Positions 34,409 to 45,175 of a stretch of 64,000 nucleotides of DNA are shown in pieces. This stretch comes from an uncultured Pseudomonadota bacterium. GTDB taxonomy: Bacteria; Pseudomonadota; Alphaproteobacteria; Rs-D84; CACZYB01. Positions within the stretch are counted from its first letter, which is position 1. Every line of letters begins with the position of its first letter. A program made the position numbers and the translations under genes. Under the pieces are notes generated by a model. It had not been told where the DNA came from, ran no database searches, and saw nothing but the letters and a program-made list of their open reading frames with translations. The stretch is taken from the NCBI GenBank assembly GCA_902785275.1, contig CACZYB010000001.1, positions 199,884-263,883 of the forward strand. The letters are read 5' to 3'.

Positions 34409-36250
34409 TTAACGTTTTACATACTTAAGTAAAGCAGTCAAGCCCGCAGGTGTCATACCAGGAATTCTTGATGCACTTGCCAAAGTTGTAGGTTTTGCCT
34501 TTTCAAGCTTTGCTCTCAACTCCAAATTAAGACCACCGATTTTACTATAATCTATATTATAAGGAATAGTCAATTCTTGATCTTTTTTATACGAAGCAAT
34601 ATCTTGTTCCTGACGTTTAAGATAACCTTGATACTTTCCCTCAATTTCAACTTGTTTAACAATATTATATGGAAAATCATTTACTTCTGGGAACATAGTT
34701 TTTATTTTATCCATATCTATATCACTATATTTCAATGCTTCATAAGCATTTACCCCAGCGGCACCACAACCTTCACAATCAACAAGTCTAAGCTTTTTAT
34801 TATTAACTTTTTTTGCCTTCAAAAGATTTTTCAAACTTTCAATTTGTTTCATCTTTTCATTGAAAAGTTTTTCTCTCTTTTTTCCAACACAACCAATTTT
34901 CAAACCTATTGGTGTAAGTCTTTGATCGGCATTATCTGCCCTTATACTTAATCTATATTCTGATCTTGCGGTAAACATTCTGTATGGTTCATCAACACCA
35001 AGTGTTGTAATATCATCAACTAAAACACCAATATAAGCCTGACTTCTATCAAGTATAATTTCATCTTCACCCTTTGCAAAAAGCCCTGCATTAAGTCCTG
35101 CTAAAATACCCTGAGATGCAGCTTCTTCATAACCACTTGTTCCATTTATCTGACCTGCAAAATAAAGTCCATTAATACGTTTTGAACCAAGTGTTGGTTT
35201 AAGCTCTCTTGCATCAATCGCATCATATTCAATCGCATAACCATAACGAAGAATTTTAACATTCTCCAATCCCTTTATAGAGTGGATAAAATCTTCTTGC
35301 ACATCCTTTGGTAAAGACGTTGAAATACCATTAGGATAAATCACATCCGAACCATAACCTTCTTGTTCCAAAAATATATGATGACTTGGGTGTGAAGCAA
35401 ATCTAACAACCTTATCTTCAATACTTGGACAATATCTTGGCCCAATAGATTTTATCTGACCATTATAAAGTGGAGTTCTATCCTTATTATCAGTAATAAT
35501 CTTATGTGTTTTTTCATTTGTATAAGTTATATAACAAGGAAGTAACTCTTGTGAAATCTTCTCTGTCATATAAGAAAAAGCTTCCGGAGGATTATCACTT
35601 TCTTGACACTCTAAACCATCATAATTTATAGTAGCCATAGAAAGCCTTGCTGGTGTTCCAGTTTTAAGTCTTAATATTTCAAATCCTGCTTTTTTCAAGG
35701 ATTCTGTAATACCATAACTTGCCTTTTCACCAATTCTTCCACCTTTAGTTTGTTCTTCACCGGTATGCATAACACCGTTTAAGAAAGTACCTGTTGTAAT
35801 GACAACTGATTTACATTTTATTTCTCCGTTATTTTTAAGAACTACCCCTTTAACAGAAGAAAACTTCTCATCAAACAAAATTTCAACAGCTTCATCTTCA
35901 ATAATAGTCAAAGTTTCTTGCTCTGCCAAAATTTCATTCACAGCCTTTTTATACAAAGCTCTATCCGCCTGTGCTCTTGGTCCTTGAACCGCAGCACCCT
36001 TTGATGCATTAAGAACTCTAAATTGTGTACCAGCTTTATCAATAGCCCTTGCCATAACACCATCTAAAGCATCAATTTCACGAACCAAATGCCCCTTTCC
36101 AAGACCACCAATAGAAGGGTTACAAGACATTTCACCAATGTTTGTTTTCATAAAAGTAACAAGTGCTGTTTTAAGACCTAATCTTGCCGATGCAGAACTT
36201 GCTTCTATACCGGCATGACCGCCACCAATAACTACGACATCATAATCCAT
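34409..36250 (-). CDS. mnmG: tRNA uridine 5-carboxymethylaminomethyl modification enzyme MnmG (GidA)
   Basis: The start was moved to the ATG at 36250 (MDYDVVVIGGGHAGIEA). The sequence is conserved GidA throughout. Confidence 0.92.
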   Translation of the reverse strand: MDYDVVVIGGGHAGIEASSASARLGLKTALVTFMKTNIGEMSCNPSIGGLGKGHLVREIDALDGVMARAIDKAGTQFRVLNASKGAAVQGPRAQADRALYKKAVNEILAEQETLTIIEDEAVEILFDEKFSSVKGVVLKNNGEIKCKSVVITTGTFLNGVMHTGEEQTKGGRIGEKASYGITESLKKAGFEILRLKTGTPARLSMATINYDGLECQESDNPPEAFSYMTEKISQELLPCYITYTNEKTHKIITDNKDRTPLYNGQIKSIGPRYCPSIEDKVVRFASHPSHHIFLEQEGYGSDVIYPNGISTSLPKDVQEDFIHSIKGLENVKILRYGYAIEYDAIDARELKPTLGSKRINGLYFAGQINGTSGYEEAASQGILAGLNAGLFAKGEDEIILDRSQAYIGVLVDDITTLGVDEPYRMFTARSEYRLSIRADNADQRLTPIGLKIGCVGKKREKLFNEKMKQIESLKNLLKAKKVNNKKLRLVDCEGCGAAGVNAYEALKYSDIDMDKIKTMFPEVNDFPYNIVKQVEIEGKYQGYLKRQEQDIASYKKDQELTIPYNIDYSKIGGLNLELRAKLEKAKPTTLASASRIPGMTPAGLTALLKYVKR

Positions 36251-36343
36251 TTTTTGCCTCAAATATTCAGATAAAATATAAGCCTTATTATAACAATAAC
36301 AAGGCAAATATCAACTGTTTTTATAAATTAATAATTAAAATTA

Positions 36344-37117
36344 TTATCTATCAAAATCCAATATTTTCTTTATATGATGAATAAAAGAGACTCTATCTGT
36401 AAAAGAAATAAAGTCATCTGGATTTTCGTTATACAACTTTTCCCTATTTGCATATTTACCATATCCAACAGCAATAGTTTTCATACCTGCATTCTTACCC
36501 ATCTTTATATCATTAGGAGAATCCCCAATCATTACAGCTCTTTCAATAGGAATTCCAATTTCCTGTGCAATATAATGAACTATTGCGGGATGTGGTTTAT
36601 CTTTATAATTTCTACCACCTTCTGTTGCTTCTACCATTTCAAAGCAATCACGAACTTCTTCTTTTTGTAAAAACTTAAGTATAGAATGTAAATCACGGGA
36701 AGAAGCAATTGCTAATGCAATATCTGTCTTTGCTAATGATTTAATAACATCCTTCATTTCATCAAAAAACCTCATTTTATTGATAAAATAAGTATCATTC
36801 GAAAGTTTAGTAACCAAAGGAGTAAATTTTGTTCTGTAAATTTCTTTTTGTTCTTCCAAATTTTTACCCCAACCAATATATTCTTTATCCCATTTATCAA
36901 AGATTTTTTCAACAATCTCTTTTGTACAAGGAAGCTCAAGCATTATCATTGCCTTTGCATTTACTTCAAAAAACATATCTTGAGATTGAACCAATGTTTC
37001 ATCAAAATCAAAAACAGCTAATTTTGTTTTTTCAGGTTTATAACCATACATACGAACAGGAACAGCCTTAAATTTATTTACCAATATATTATTTTTTTCT
37101 ATTGAATTCATTTTCAC
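36344..37117 (-). CDS. HAD-superfamily hydrolase (phosphatase-like)
   Basis: LAVFDFDETLV (DxD motif I), IASSR (motif II) and MIGDSPNDIKMG (motif IV). Confidence 0.75.
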   Translation of the reverse strand: MKMNSIEKNNILVNKFKAVPVRMYGYKPEKTKLAVFDFDETLVQSQDMFFEVNAKAMIMLELPCTKEIVEKIFDKWDKEYIGWGKNLEEQKEIYRTKFTPLVTKLSNDTYFINKMRFFDEMKDVIKSLAKTDIALAIASSRDLHSILKFLQKEEVRDCFEMVEATEGGRNYKDKPHPAIVHYIAQEIGIPIERAVMIGDSPNDIKMGKNAGMKTIAVGYGKYANREKLYNENPDDFISFTDRVSFIHHIKKILDFDR

Positions 37118-37183
37118 ACCTTGTTATCATTAGCTTTATTAACTTAAATTTAATTGCTAGGATTTTAAACAAAGGAAAATATT

Positions 37184-40100
37184 ATGTCAAGTAAAAATAT
37201 ATATCCGGAAACTATTGCTAAACCAAACTTTCCAAAGATAGAAGAGCAAATTCTTGATTTTTGGAATAAAAACAAGATTTTTGAACGTTCTGTTGATGAA
37301 CGTGAAGAAAAGAATGAATTCGTATTCTATGATGGTCCTCCATTTGCAAATGGACTTCCACACTATGGTCACGTATTGCAAAGCTTTATGAAAGATAGCG
37401 TTGCACGTTACCAAACTATGCTTGGTCGAAAGGTAAAACGTCGCTGGGGTTGGGATTGTCACGGTCTTCCACCTGAACTTAAAACAGAAAAAGATCTTGG
37501 CATTTCAGGAAAGAAAGCTATTGAAGCATACGGCGTTGATAAATTTACAACAAAATGTCGTGAAGATGTTTTGACCTATACAAAAGAATGGAAAGGTATT
37601 ATTAACCGTCTTGGCCGTTGGGTTGATATGGAAAATGCTTATAAAACTATGGATAAAGAATATTCCGAAAGTATCCTTTGGGCATTCAAAACATTGTATG
37701 AAAAAGGTTTACTTTACGAAGATTTCCGTATACTTCCTTATTCATGGGCTGCGGAAACACCTCTTTCAAACTTCGAAGTAAATCAGGGTTATCAGGATAA
37801 AACAGATAACACTGCAACCGTAAAATTCCATCTTGAAAATGGTTTAACATTACTTGCTTGGACAACAACACCATGGACTCTTCCATCAAACTTAATGCTT
37901 GTTGTTGGTCGTGATATTGACTACTCTGTTTATGAATTAAATGGTGAAAATCTTGTTCTTGCAACTGCACGTGTTCCTGCATATAAAAAAGAACTTGAAA
38001 AAGCTACTTTCGTTCGTGAAGTAAAAGGAAGCGAACTTGTTGGTTTACACTATACGCCACTTTTTCCATACTTTGCAGACTATCGTGAAAAATATGATGC
38101 ATTTCAGGTTCTTTCTGGTGAATATGTTTCAACCGAAGATGGTACAGGTATAGTTCACACAGCACCAGGATTTGGTGAGGATGATTTCTCTGTATGTAAA
38201 TCTTTCAATAAAGATTTCCCTGTACTTTGCCCAGTTGATAGCGAAGGAAAATTTACATCCGAAGTTTCCGATTATGCTGGTATGCAAGTATTCGATACAA
38301 ACGATTTAATATTCACAAGATTAAAGGAAGAAGGAAAGCTCTTCCAAAAATCACAAATAACTCACTCTTACCCATTCTGTTGGAGAACAGATAAACCTCT
38401 TATCTACAAAGCAATGAGTTCATGGTTCGTACGTGTAGAAGATATAAAAGAAGAGTTATTAAAAGCAAACGAAAATATAACATGGATTCCTGAACACATA
38501 AAATATGGTCGTTTTGGTAAATGGCTTGAAGGAGCCAGAGATTGGTCTATTTCCAGAAATAGATTCTGGGGTGCTCCACTTCCTGTATGGAAATCTGATG
38601 ATCCAAAATACCCAAGAATTGATGTATTCGGTTCTATTGCTGAAATTGAAAAAGCATCTGGTATGAAGGTTGTTGATTTACACCGTCCATACATTGATCA
38701 AATAGTATATCCAAACCCAGATGATCCAACAGGAAAATCAATGATGCGCCGTATTCCTGATGTATTTGATTGTTGGTTCGAAAGTGGTTCTATGCCATTT
38801 GCATCTTGCCACTATCCATTCGAAAATAAGGAATGGTTCGATAAAAACTTCCCATCAGATTTCATCGTAGAAGGTACCGATCAAACACGTGGTTGGTTCT
38901 ATACATTAACAGTATTGGGTGTTGCCTTGTTTGGTCGTGCACCATTTAAAACTTGTGTATGCTCTGGCTTTGTTTTCGATGAAAAAGGTCAAAAACTTTC
39001 AAAAAAATTAAAGAATTATTCTGAACCAACAGAATTCTTTAATAAATACGGTTCTGATGCTCTAAGATGGATTATGCTTGCATCTCCGGCTTTAAGAGGT
39101 GAAATGATTCGTCTTTCAAAAGAAGGAACAGAAATTGCTGTTTCATCAAGAAAGGCTCAAATCCCATTCTATAACGCATACCACTTCTTCACATTGTACG
39201 CAAATGCTGATGGTATAAAAGCAAGCTATGATACATCTTCTGATGAAATTATGGATAAATACATTCTTTCAAAGCTTGAAGAATTAAAGGAAATCACAAC
39301 AAAGGCACTAAGTCACTATGATATCGCGACATTCTGTACCGAAGTTGAAAAATTCCTTGATATACTTAACAATTGGTATATTCGTCAATGCCGTGAAAGA
39401 TTCTGGGGTACCAGCGTATCAAAAGAAACTCAAATAAAGGCGTTTAACACCCTTTACACAGTATTAATTGATATAACAAAGATAATCGCACCAATTATGC
39501 CATTCATAAGCGAATTCGTTTATAAAAACCTAACTGGTGAAGATTCTGTACATCTTGCACTTTATCCAAAGGTAACAAACGTAAAAGATTCTGCATTAAT
39601 TTCTGCAATGGATACTGTAATTGCTATTTGCTCTAGTGCAAAAACCTTGCGTGAGGAAGCAAAAATCCGTAATCGTCAACCATTACAGGCTATGACTATT
39701 GCATCACCTAAATCCGAAGATTTAAAACCTTATGCTGATATTATAAAAACAGAGTGTAATGTAAAAGAAATTACTTTCACAACAGATATTGATAAATATG
39801 CGAAAAAGCTTCTTTATATTTACACACCTATCGTTGGAAAGCGTCTTGGCCGTGCATTGGCAGAAATCCAAAAAGCTGCAAAACAAAACCAATACGAAAT
39901 AGTAGACAATATTTGTAAGGTTGCCGGATACGAATTACAACCAAACGAATTTGAAATAAAGGTTGAAGTTCTTGGTAATTTCAAGGGTAAATCAACATCT
40001 GATAATTCAGCTGTGGTTCTTCTTGATACAACAATCACTCCAGAACTTAAAATCGAAGGTATTATTCGTGATTTTATTCGTGCTATACAAGAAAACAGAA

Positions 40101-40297
40101 AGAACAAAGATTTCAACGTTTCTGACAGAATAACAATCAAATACAATTCAAATTCTGAAGAAATTATTTCTGGTGTAAAGAAGTTTGAATCTGAAATTTC
40201 AACAACCACTTTAGCAACAAGTATTTCATTTACTCCATCGCCTCTAAGTGAAAAGTTGGAAGAAACAGATTTAACTTATGAAATTGAAAAAATATAA
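37184..40297 (+). CDS. ileS: Isoleucyl-tRNA synthetase, type 2 (eukaryote-like)
   Basis: 1037 aa with PPFANGLPHYGHVL (HIGH variant), GWDCHGLP and KLSKKLKNY (KMSKS variant). The N-terminus and length are of type-2 IleRS. Confidence 0.92.
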   Translation: MSSKNIYPETIAKPNFPKIEEQILDFWNKNKIFERSVDEREEKNEFVFYDGPPFANGLPHYGHVLQSFMKDSVARYQTMLGRKVKRRWGWDCHGLPPELKTEKDLGISGKKAIEAYGVDKFTTKCREDVLTYTKEWKGIINRLGRWVDMENAYKTMDKEYSESILWAFKTLYEKGLLYEDFRILPYSWAAETPLSNFEVNQGYQDKTDNTATVKFHLENGLTLLAWTTTPWTLPSNLMLVVGRDIDYSVYELNGENLVLATARVPAYKKELEKATFVREVKGSELVGLHYTPLFPYFADYREKYDAFQVLSGEYVSTEDGTGIVHTAPGFGEDDFSVCKSFNKDFPVLCPVDSEGKFTSEVSDYAGMQVFDTNDLIFTRLKEEGKLFQKSQITHSYPFCWRTDKPLIYKAMSSWFVRVEDIKEELLKANENITWIPEHIKYGRFGKWLEGARDWSISRNRFWGAPLPVWKSDDPKYPRIDVFGSIAEIEKASGMKVVDLHRPYIDQIVYPNPDDPTGKSMMRRIPDVFDCWFESGSMPFASCHYPFENKEWFDKNFPSDFIVEGTDQTRGWFYTLTVLGVALFGRAPFKTCVCSGFVFDEKGQKLSKKLKNYSEPTEFFNKYGSDALRWIMLASPALRGEMIRLSKEGTEIAVSSRKAQIPFYNAYHFFTLYANADGIKASYDTSSDEIMDKYILSKLEELKEITTKALSHYDIATFCTEVEKFLDILNNWYIRQCRERFWGTSVSKETQIKAFNTLYTVLIDITKIIAPIMPFISEFVYKNLTGEDSVHLALYPKVTNVKDSALISAMDTVIAICSSAKTLREEAKIRNRQPLQAMTIASPKSEDLKPYADIIKTECNVKEITFTTDIDKYAKKLLYIYTPIVGKRLGRALAEIQKAAKQNQYEIVDNICKVAGYELQPNEFEIKVEVLGNFKGKSTSDNSAVVLLDTTITPELKIEGIIRDFIRAIQENRKNKDFNVSDRITIKYNSNSEEIISGVKKFESEISTTTLATSISFTPSPLSEKLEETDLTYEIEKI

Positions 40298-40304
40298 AAA
40301 AGAA

Positions 40305-40329
40305 AACCGGTGAAAAAGCCGGTTTTTTT
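40305..40329 (+). terminator. Rho-independent terminator after ileS
   Basis: AACCGGTGAAAAAGCCGGTT followed by TTTTTT. Confidence 0.75.
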
Positions 40330-40385
40330 ATAAAATCATTGCCTAAAATTAAAAAATATGCTATATTAAAGTCAAAGGATAGAGA

Positions 40386-40727
40386 ATGAGTACACAGGAA
40401 AAACTTTACTTAATAATGGTAAATAAGCGTGACGAAAGATGTATCTTTCTTACACCAAAGGATATTTCTAAACTTAAAATAACAAATCCTGAAATTGTTT
40501 ACGATGGCGGTGAACACGCAATTCTATATCGCAGTGAAAAGGAAAGTATCTTACTTGATTACATACCTGAATCGCAAAGAAATGAGCTTACAAAACTATC
40601 TGAAATCCTTGTTGTTGAATACGATGTTAATAAAAAGGATATTGCCAACGAATATATGGCAAAGATTACAATATTAAATAAAATTCCTAATATATCAAAA
40701 GATTTAAAGGTAATCGCAAAAAAATAA
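40386..40727 (+). CDS. Hypothetical protein
   Basis: 113-aa ORF, RBS AAGGA, no motif recognised. Confidence 0.5.
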   Translation: MSTQEKLYLIMVNKRDERCIFLTPKDISKLKITNPEIVYDGGEHAILYRSEKESILLDYIPESQRNELTKLSEILVVEYDVNKKDIANEYMAKITILNKIPNISKDLKVIAKK

Positions 40728-40748
40728 GGCATATTTCTATGCCCTATC

Positions 40749-41258
40749 CTACTTTTTAACCTTAATTTTACGATTTTTCTGTTTCGAAGCCAAAGTTTTT
40801 GGTAAATGTATCTTAAGAACACCATTCGAAAAACTTGCTTCTGTATTATCAATATCCACATCAGCTGGCAAAGGAATTGTTCTGCTTACCATACCATAAG
40901 AACGTTCAGAAAAATACCTTCCATTCGATTTATTTTCAACATTACTTCGCTTTTCCCCACGTACAGTCAAATAACCATCCTCTGACACATCTATATCAAT
41001 ATCATCATCGTTCATTCCAGGAAGTTCAACCGATATATTAATATCATTTTCCCCATCAACCATCTCTACTTTAGGTTCAATAAAACTAAAATCACTCAAA
41101 GATGTTAATGGATAATCCAAGATATTAAAGAAATTATCAAAAGCTCTGTTTATATTATGACGAAGTTCGCCAACTTTTTTACTATAATTTTTCTGAGGAA
41201 GATTGTGTTTACCCTCACATTTATTACATACCATAATGCCTCCTTTGTTTTTACACAA
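40749..41258 (-). CDS. Hsp20/alpha-crystallin family small heat-shock protein
   Basis: EPKVEMVDGENDINISVELPGMNDDDIDIDVSEDGYLTVRGEKR...SFSNGVLKIHLPK. The start is uncertain, because the N-terminus has an unusual CNKCEGK stretch. Confidence 0.8.
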   Translation of the reverse strand: MCKNKGGIMVCNKCEGKHNLPQKNYSKKVGELRHNINRAFDNFFNILDYPLTSLSDFSFIEPKVEMVDGENDINISVELPGMNDDDIDIDVSEDGYLTVRGEKRSNVENKSNGRYFSERSYGMVSRTIPLPADVDIDNTEASFSNGVLKIHLPKTLASKQKNRKIKVKK

Positions 41259-41324
41259 ACCACACTATGCAGTAAGGATAACACCAAACATTACATAAAG
41301 ATATAGGTATATCTTCAAAAAGAA

Positions 41325-41627
41325 TTAGAAATCTTCTTCTTCATCAGAGTAGTAATTTGTTTTTGATACAGTTTGTTCATCACTATCCATATCAAAGAAC
41401 ATTTCCGATTCGGAAAGATCAACCACTTCATCGTTAACATCTAATTCTTCTATTTGATCTACTGGTTTAACTTCAGTCTTTTTCTTTTTTCTGATAAATT
41501 CAATTTCGTCTTCCTCAGTTAAGTTCTTTTTACACTTAGGACAAACGATAACTTCCTTTTTCATATCATAAAACATAGCGCCACAAAAAGGACAAATATG
41601 TTTCTTACCCCAGTTTTCTTTAACCAT
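41325..41627 (-). CDS. FYDLN_acid (TIGR02300-type) zinc-ribbon protein with acidic tail
   Basis: The start was moved to the ATG at 41627. WGKKHICPFCGAMFYDMKK..VCPKC is followed by an acidic C-terminus. Confidence 0.7.
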   Translation of the reverse strand: MVKENWGKKHICPFCGAMFYDMKKEVIVCPKCKKNLTEEDEIEFIRKKKKTEVKPVDQIEELDVNDEVVDLSESEMFFDMDSDEQTVSKTNYYSDEEEDF

Positions 41628-41700
41628 AATATAGACCTCTCTATTTAATAGATTAAACACTTGAAAAATATAACCATATAAGAAAAAGTCAAGAAAAAAG

Positions 41701-42402
41701 TTACCAAGCCTTACAAAGATTTTTTACTCTCTGATATTCTTCTTTGCTATCATAGGTATTATTATTTTCAATCAAAGCCTTTTCTAGCTTTGATCTTAAG
41801 ATTTTTATGTTCCTATTTTCGAACACCATTTTTTGAATTTCATTCCCAAGTTTTTTTTCTGAAATCTTTTCATCAAAAAACATCGGACCAACATCACTTG
41901 CAATACGTCTAAGCTCTTTTAAGATTAACGAACCATAATATTTAAGTTCTTTTCTGTAAATAGCAACATGTCCCAATTCATGCTCTTTTATCGCATTATA
42001 TTCACAACTACCCTCTTCATATTTATCATCTATAAGCACATCAATATTCTTGTATCCTATAGTAAAATTAATATTGGAAAGTATCGCACAAATACCATCA
42101 TTTATTTTATATCTTCCAAAACCGAAGTCATATTTAATACCAAAATTCGACTTTGTAAGACCCAAAGTAGCTTTTGGGTTTTTTAAATTTTTTAAATCAG
42201 AAATTTCCTCTCTTGGTACCGATTTAACAACAACATTACCATACTTTATTTGTGTTGTAACATTAGGTTCCTTATAGAAAGTTTCACAAAGTTCATTTGC
42301 ATAAACAGGCAATGAAAAATATAAAAAGCCGGCTATTTTCAAAGTTTTTATGACAAAATTACTTAAAAGAGTCAAGATAAACCTCCACAAATTTATCTCC
42401 AT
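41701..42402 (-). CDS. Secreted HExxH metalloprotease-like protein (DUF922-like)
   Basis: IKEHELGHVAIY contains an HExxH motif. A signal-like segment KIAGFLYFSLPVYA is present. The track start overlaps virB4 by 44 nt, and a TTG at 42342 would remove the overlap. Confidence 0.6.
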   Translation of the reverse strand: MEINLWRFILTLLSNFVIKTLKIAGFLYFSLPVYANELCETFYKEPNVTTQIKYGNVVVKSVPREEISDLKNLKNPKATLGLTKSNFGIKYDFGFGRYKINDGICAILSNINFTIGYKNIDVLIDDKYEEGSCEYNAIKEHELGHVAIYRKELKYYGSLILKELRRIASDVGPMFFDEKISEKKLGNEIQKMVFENRNIKILRSKLEKALIENNNTYDSKEEYQRVKNLCKAW

Positions 42403-44794
42403 GAAGTTTTCTTAATTCTTCAACCAAAAGAACTTGCTTTCTACCACTATTAAATATTTGAAGATATGGACCAAGTCCTGATAAATCAACATTCAAGATA
42501 ACAGATTCATCAATAGAAGGTTTTCTAAACAATATTGCATATTTCAAATCTTTAAATATCTTTCCTTGAATAAATGCCATTTCCTTTGGTGTAAGGTTCC
42601 AACTTTCGTAATCTTCAACCCTTGCTTGAACGTTTCTAAAGAATATTTGTGTCTGGCATTGACCACGAATAACTTCACCAATTCCAAGTTTATCCAAAAC
42701 ATTTGGTTGCTGGAATGCTGCCAAATAAGCTTGTCTTTTCTTTCGACCTTCCTGAAGACCTATCACAAAATTCTTTCTGAATTCTGGATTTTGAAGCATA
42801 GGAGCAGTTTCATCGATTATAATAAGTGATGGATCACCAGTTCTTCCGGTAATATTTTGTATCCTGTTCATAATATAACTAACTACCGCCGGTGCCAAAG
42901 TTCCATCTTCAAAAATATATGTAAAATCAAATGCAGTAAATCTATTTGATAAATCCAAATTATCGCTATCACTATTAAAAAGCTCTCCATATTGGTTATC
43001 ATCAACCCATCTGAATAACTCCCTTCTCATTTTTCCAGCAGGTGAAAAACATGATTTATAAAGGTTTTTAAGAGAACGTTTTTCAGGTTCCAAATAATCA
43101 AATGCAGTTGTCACCGCACGCGCAATTTCATTCTCACTTACCGCATCATTAACCAAAGTTATTTCCTTAAGCCATCTTCTTAAAAAAGCTCTATTTTCAG
43201 GATTATCATCAATTCTAAATGGATTAAGATGAGCAATAGTTCCTGTTTTCTTAATATCCTTATCTTTTGTATCACCATCAAAATTTATGTAAGAACCACC
43301 TATTGCATGGGTAAAAATCTCCGCACCCCTGTATCTATCAAAGAAGAAGCATTTCAAATCTTTAAAACGTAATGATTGCCCAGCCAAGAAAGAATAAAGA
43401 GTTGTTTTACCTTGTCCAGTAGGACCAATCGCAACAGTATGAGCCACCGCAGTAGGTTCCTCAGAAACATGAAATTCGAATTGATAAGCAGTTCCCTGAT
43501 ATGTTGGAAAAATTGCAACCGGTCCCTCACCCCAATCACACTTTGAAAAACCTTCTGGTTGCTTTTCAAAATTAAAACTTGTTGCCACAGCACGTGAAAG
43601 CATTTTATACATTCTTGGGTACTTATCATATGTTGGAAATTGAGAGAACCATGATGCCTGAGCCACCCAACCTTCACGTACAGGTGTAATACCATAAAGA
43701 CGACAAACCTTTTCTATTTCAAATACAACTGCATCAAGTTCTTTTAAGCTATCCGCACTAACAAAAAATGTTTCAGCATAATTTACCAATGTCTGATGAT
43801 CTTCATCACCCTGTTCTATCAAAGCCAAAGCATCATCAAATTGTCTTAAAACATCATATGAAAAAGTTGTTGAACTTGCCATTCTTCGTTGATTAACCAA
43901 AACCATCTGTGCTTTAAGTTTTGATATTGGGAAAAGGTTATGAAGTACAGTAATTTCAAAATTCTTTGATAATATATCGGAAAGCATTTGTTCATCAACA
44001 CTGCTTGCCTGTTGCTTTATTCCAACAACAGCCATATATTTTGTTCTGTTACCAGATGTAAATCTTATATATCCCTTATTACTAAAAAAAATTTCATCTG
44101 ATACCAAAAGTTCAGAAATTCTATCATAAATAATATTTTCAGACTTTGGATTTGGTCTACTTATCGGATTAATAACATGCGCAAAAAATGCAAGAGGACT
44201 TTCTTTTACACCATCTTCTTTTAAAATATCTACACCAAAATTTGAAAGAACCGCCTGCAAAGTAGATGTTGCAGTATCCAAATCTTTCATTGCATCCTTT
44301 CTATCATTAACAGAAAGAACAATATAGTGAGTATTCATAAAAATCTCACTTTGAGCTTCATTCCATTTTTCGCTTATATCTTTCAAAAGTTTATTATAGT
44401 TATTAACGACCTTATCGGAATGAACTTTTTCTCTTATGGTAAAAATACGTGTTTCAACACTTATCTCGGAAAGACTATCAATCCATTTCTTTCTATCTTC
44501 CAAAAACTCCTGAATAACTTCACGCTTTGCAAAGGCAAGAGAAACACCATTAACCTTAAAAACTCTAACTAATGTACCATTCTGACAAAGTATAGTTTTT
44601 TTATCGTTTAAAATTCTTTCAAAAGGAAGATAATTAACAAGTCTTGTATCAAAAGGCTTTGGAAGAAAAATATTTACCTTATCAGACATAAATACAACAA
44701 TAATAACAGCAATCGCTATCAACGAAATAACCAAACCCCAATAATAAGAATTTGATAAACCAGCAACTAAAACATTTTCTAAATTAAAGTTCAT
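42359..44794 (-). CDS. virB4: Type IV secretion ATPase VirB4
   Basis: 811 aa with Walker A GPTGQGKTT and Walker B LIIIDET. Overall length and layout fit VirB4/TrbE, and virB3 lies directly upstream. Confidence 0.85.
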   Translation of the reverse strand: MNFNLENVLVAGLSNSYYWGLVISLIAIAVIIVVFMSDKVNIFLPKPFDTRLVNYLPFERILNDKKTILCQNGTLVRVFKVNGVSLAFAKREVIQEFLEDRKKWIDSLSEISVETRIFTIREKVHSDKVVNNYNKLLKDISEKWNEAQSEIFMNTHYIVLSVNDRKDAMKDLDTATSTLQAVLSNFGVDILKEDGVKESPLAFFAHVINPISRPNPKSENIIYDRISELLVSDEIFFSNKGYIRFTSGNRTKYMAVVGIKQQASSVDEQMLSDILSKNFEITVLHNLFPISKLKAQMVLVNQRRMASSTTFSYDVLRQFDDALALIEQGDEDHQTLVNYAETFFVSADSLKELDAVVFEIEKVCRLYGITPVREGWVAQASWFSQFPTYDKYPRMYKMLSRAVATSFNFEKQPEGFSKCDWGEGPVAIFPTYQGTAYQFEFHVSEEPTAVAHTVAIGPTGQGKTTLYSFLAGQSLRFKDLKCFFFDRYRGAEIFTHAIGGSYINFDGDTKDKDIKKTGTIAHLNPFRIDDNPENRAFLRRWLKEITLVNDAVSENEIARAVTTAFDYLEPEKRSLKNLYKSCFSPAGKMRRELFRWVDDNQYGELFNSDSDNLDLSNRFTAFDFTYIFEDGTLAPAVVSYIMNRIQNITGRTGDPSLIIIDETAPMLQNPEFRKNFVIGLQEGRKKRQAYLAAFQQPNVLDKLGIGEVIRGQCQTQIFFRNVQARVEDYESWNLTPKEMAFIQGKIFKDLKYAILFRKPSIDESVILNVDLSGLGPYLQIFNSGRKQVLLVEELRKLHGDKFVEVYLDSFK

Positions 44795-44808
44795 TTTGTA
44801 TTATTCCT

Positions 44809-45102
44809 CTAGGCTGTAAACTTATTACCCTTTTCTCTAATTAAATTCTTTGTTCTTGCCCTAATATTTTTTCTTGAGGCTATAATATTATCAATATGAG
44901 GTTCATTTTTTCCAATAATCACTGCAATAAAGTGTAAAAATATGAACATCACAATAGGAATCCACATATAAACACCAAAACCGGTAATTAGAAACAAAAT
45001 AATAAATGCAAAGGAAAAAGCAACATTCAAAAGAAAAAGTCCGAATGGTGCGAAAAAAACCTGCATAGGTTGAGCCACAGATTTAAGTAATTCCTCTTTC
45101 AA
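44809..45102 (-). CDS. virB3: Type IV secretion protein VirB3
   Basis: 97 aa with two TM helices, located 14 nt upstream of virB4. Confidence 0.7.
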   Translation of the reverse strand: MKEELLKSVAQPMQVFFAPFGLFLLNVAFSFAFIILFLITGFGVYMWIPIVMFIFLHFIAVIIGKNEPHIDNIIASRKNIRARTKNLIREKGNKFTA

Positions 45103-45175
45103 AAATTCCCCCTCTTATAATATATTAATATTATAAAATCATTATAAAATAAAAGCAATAATAAAACAAGGAATT

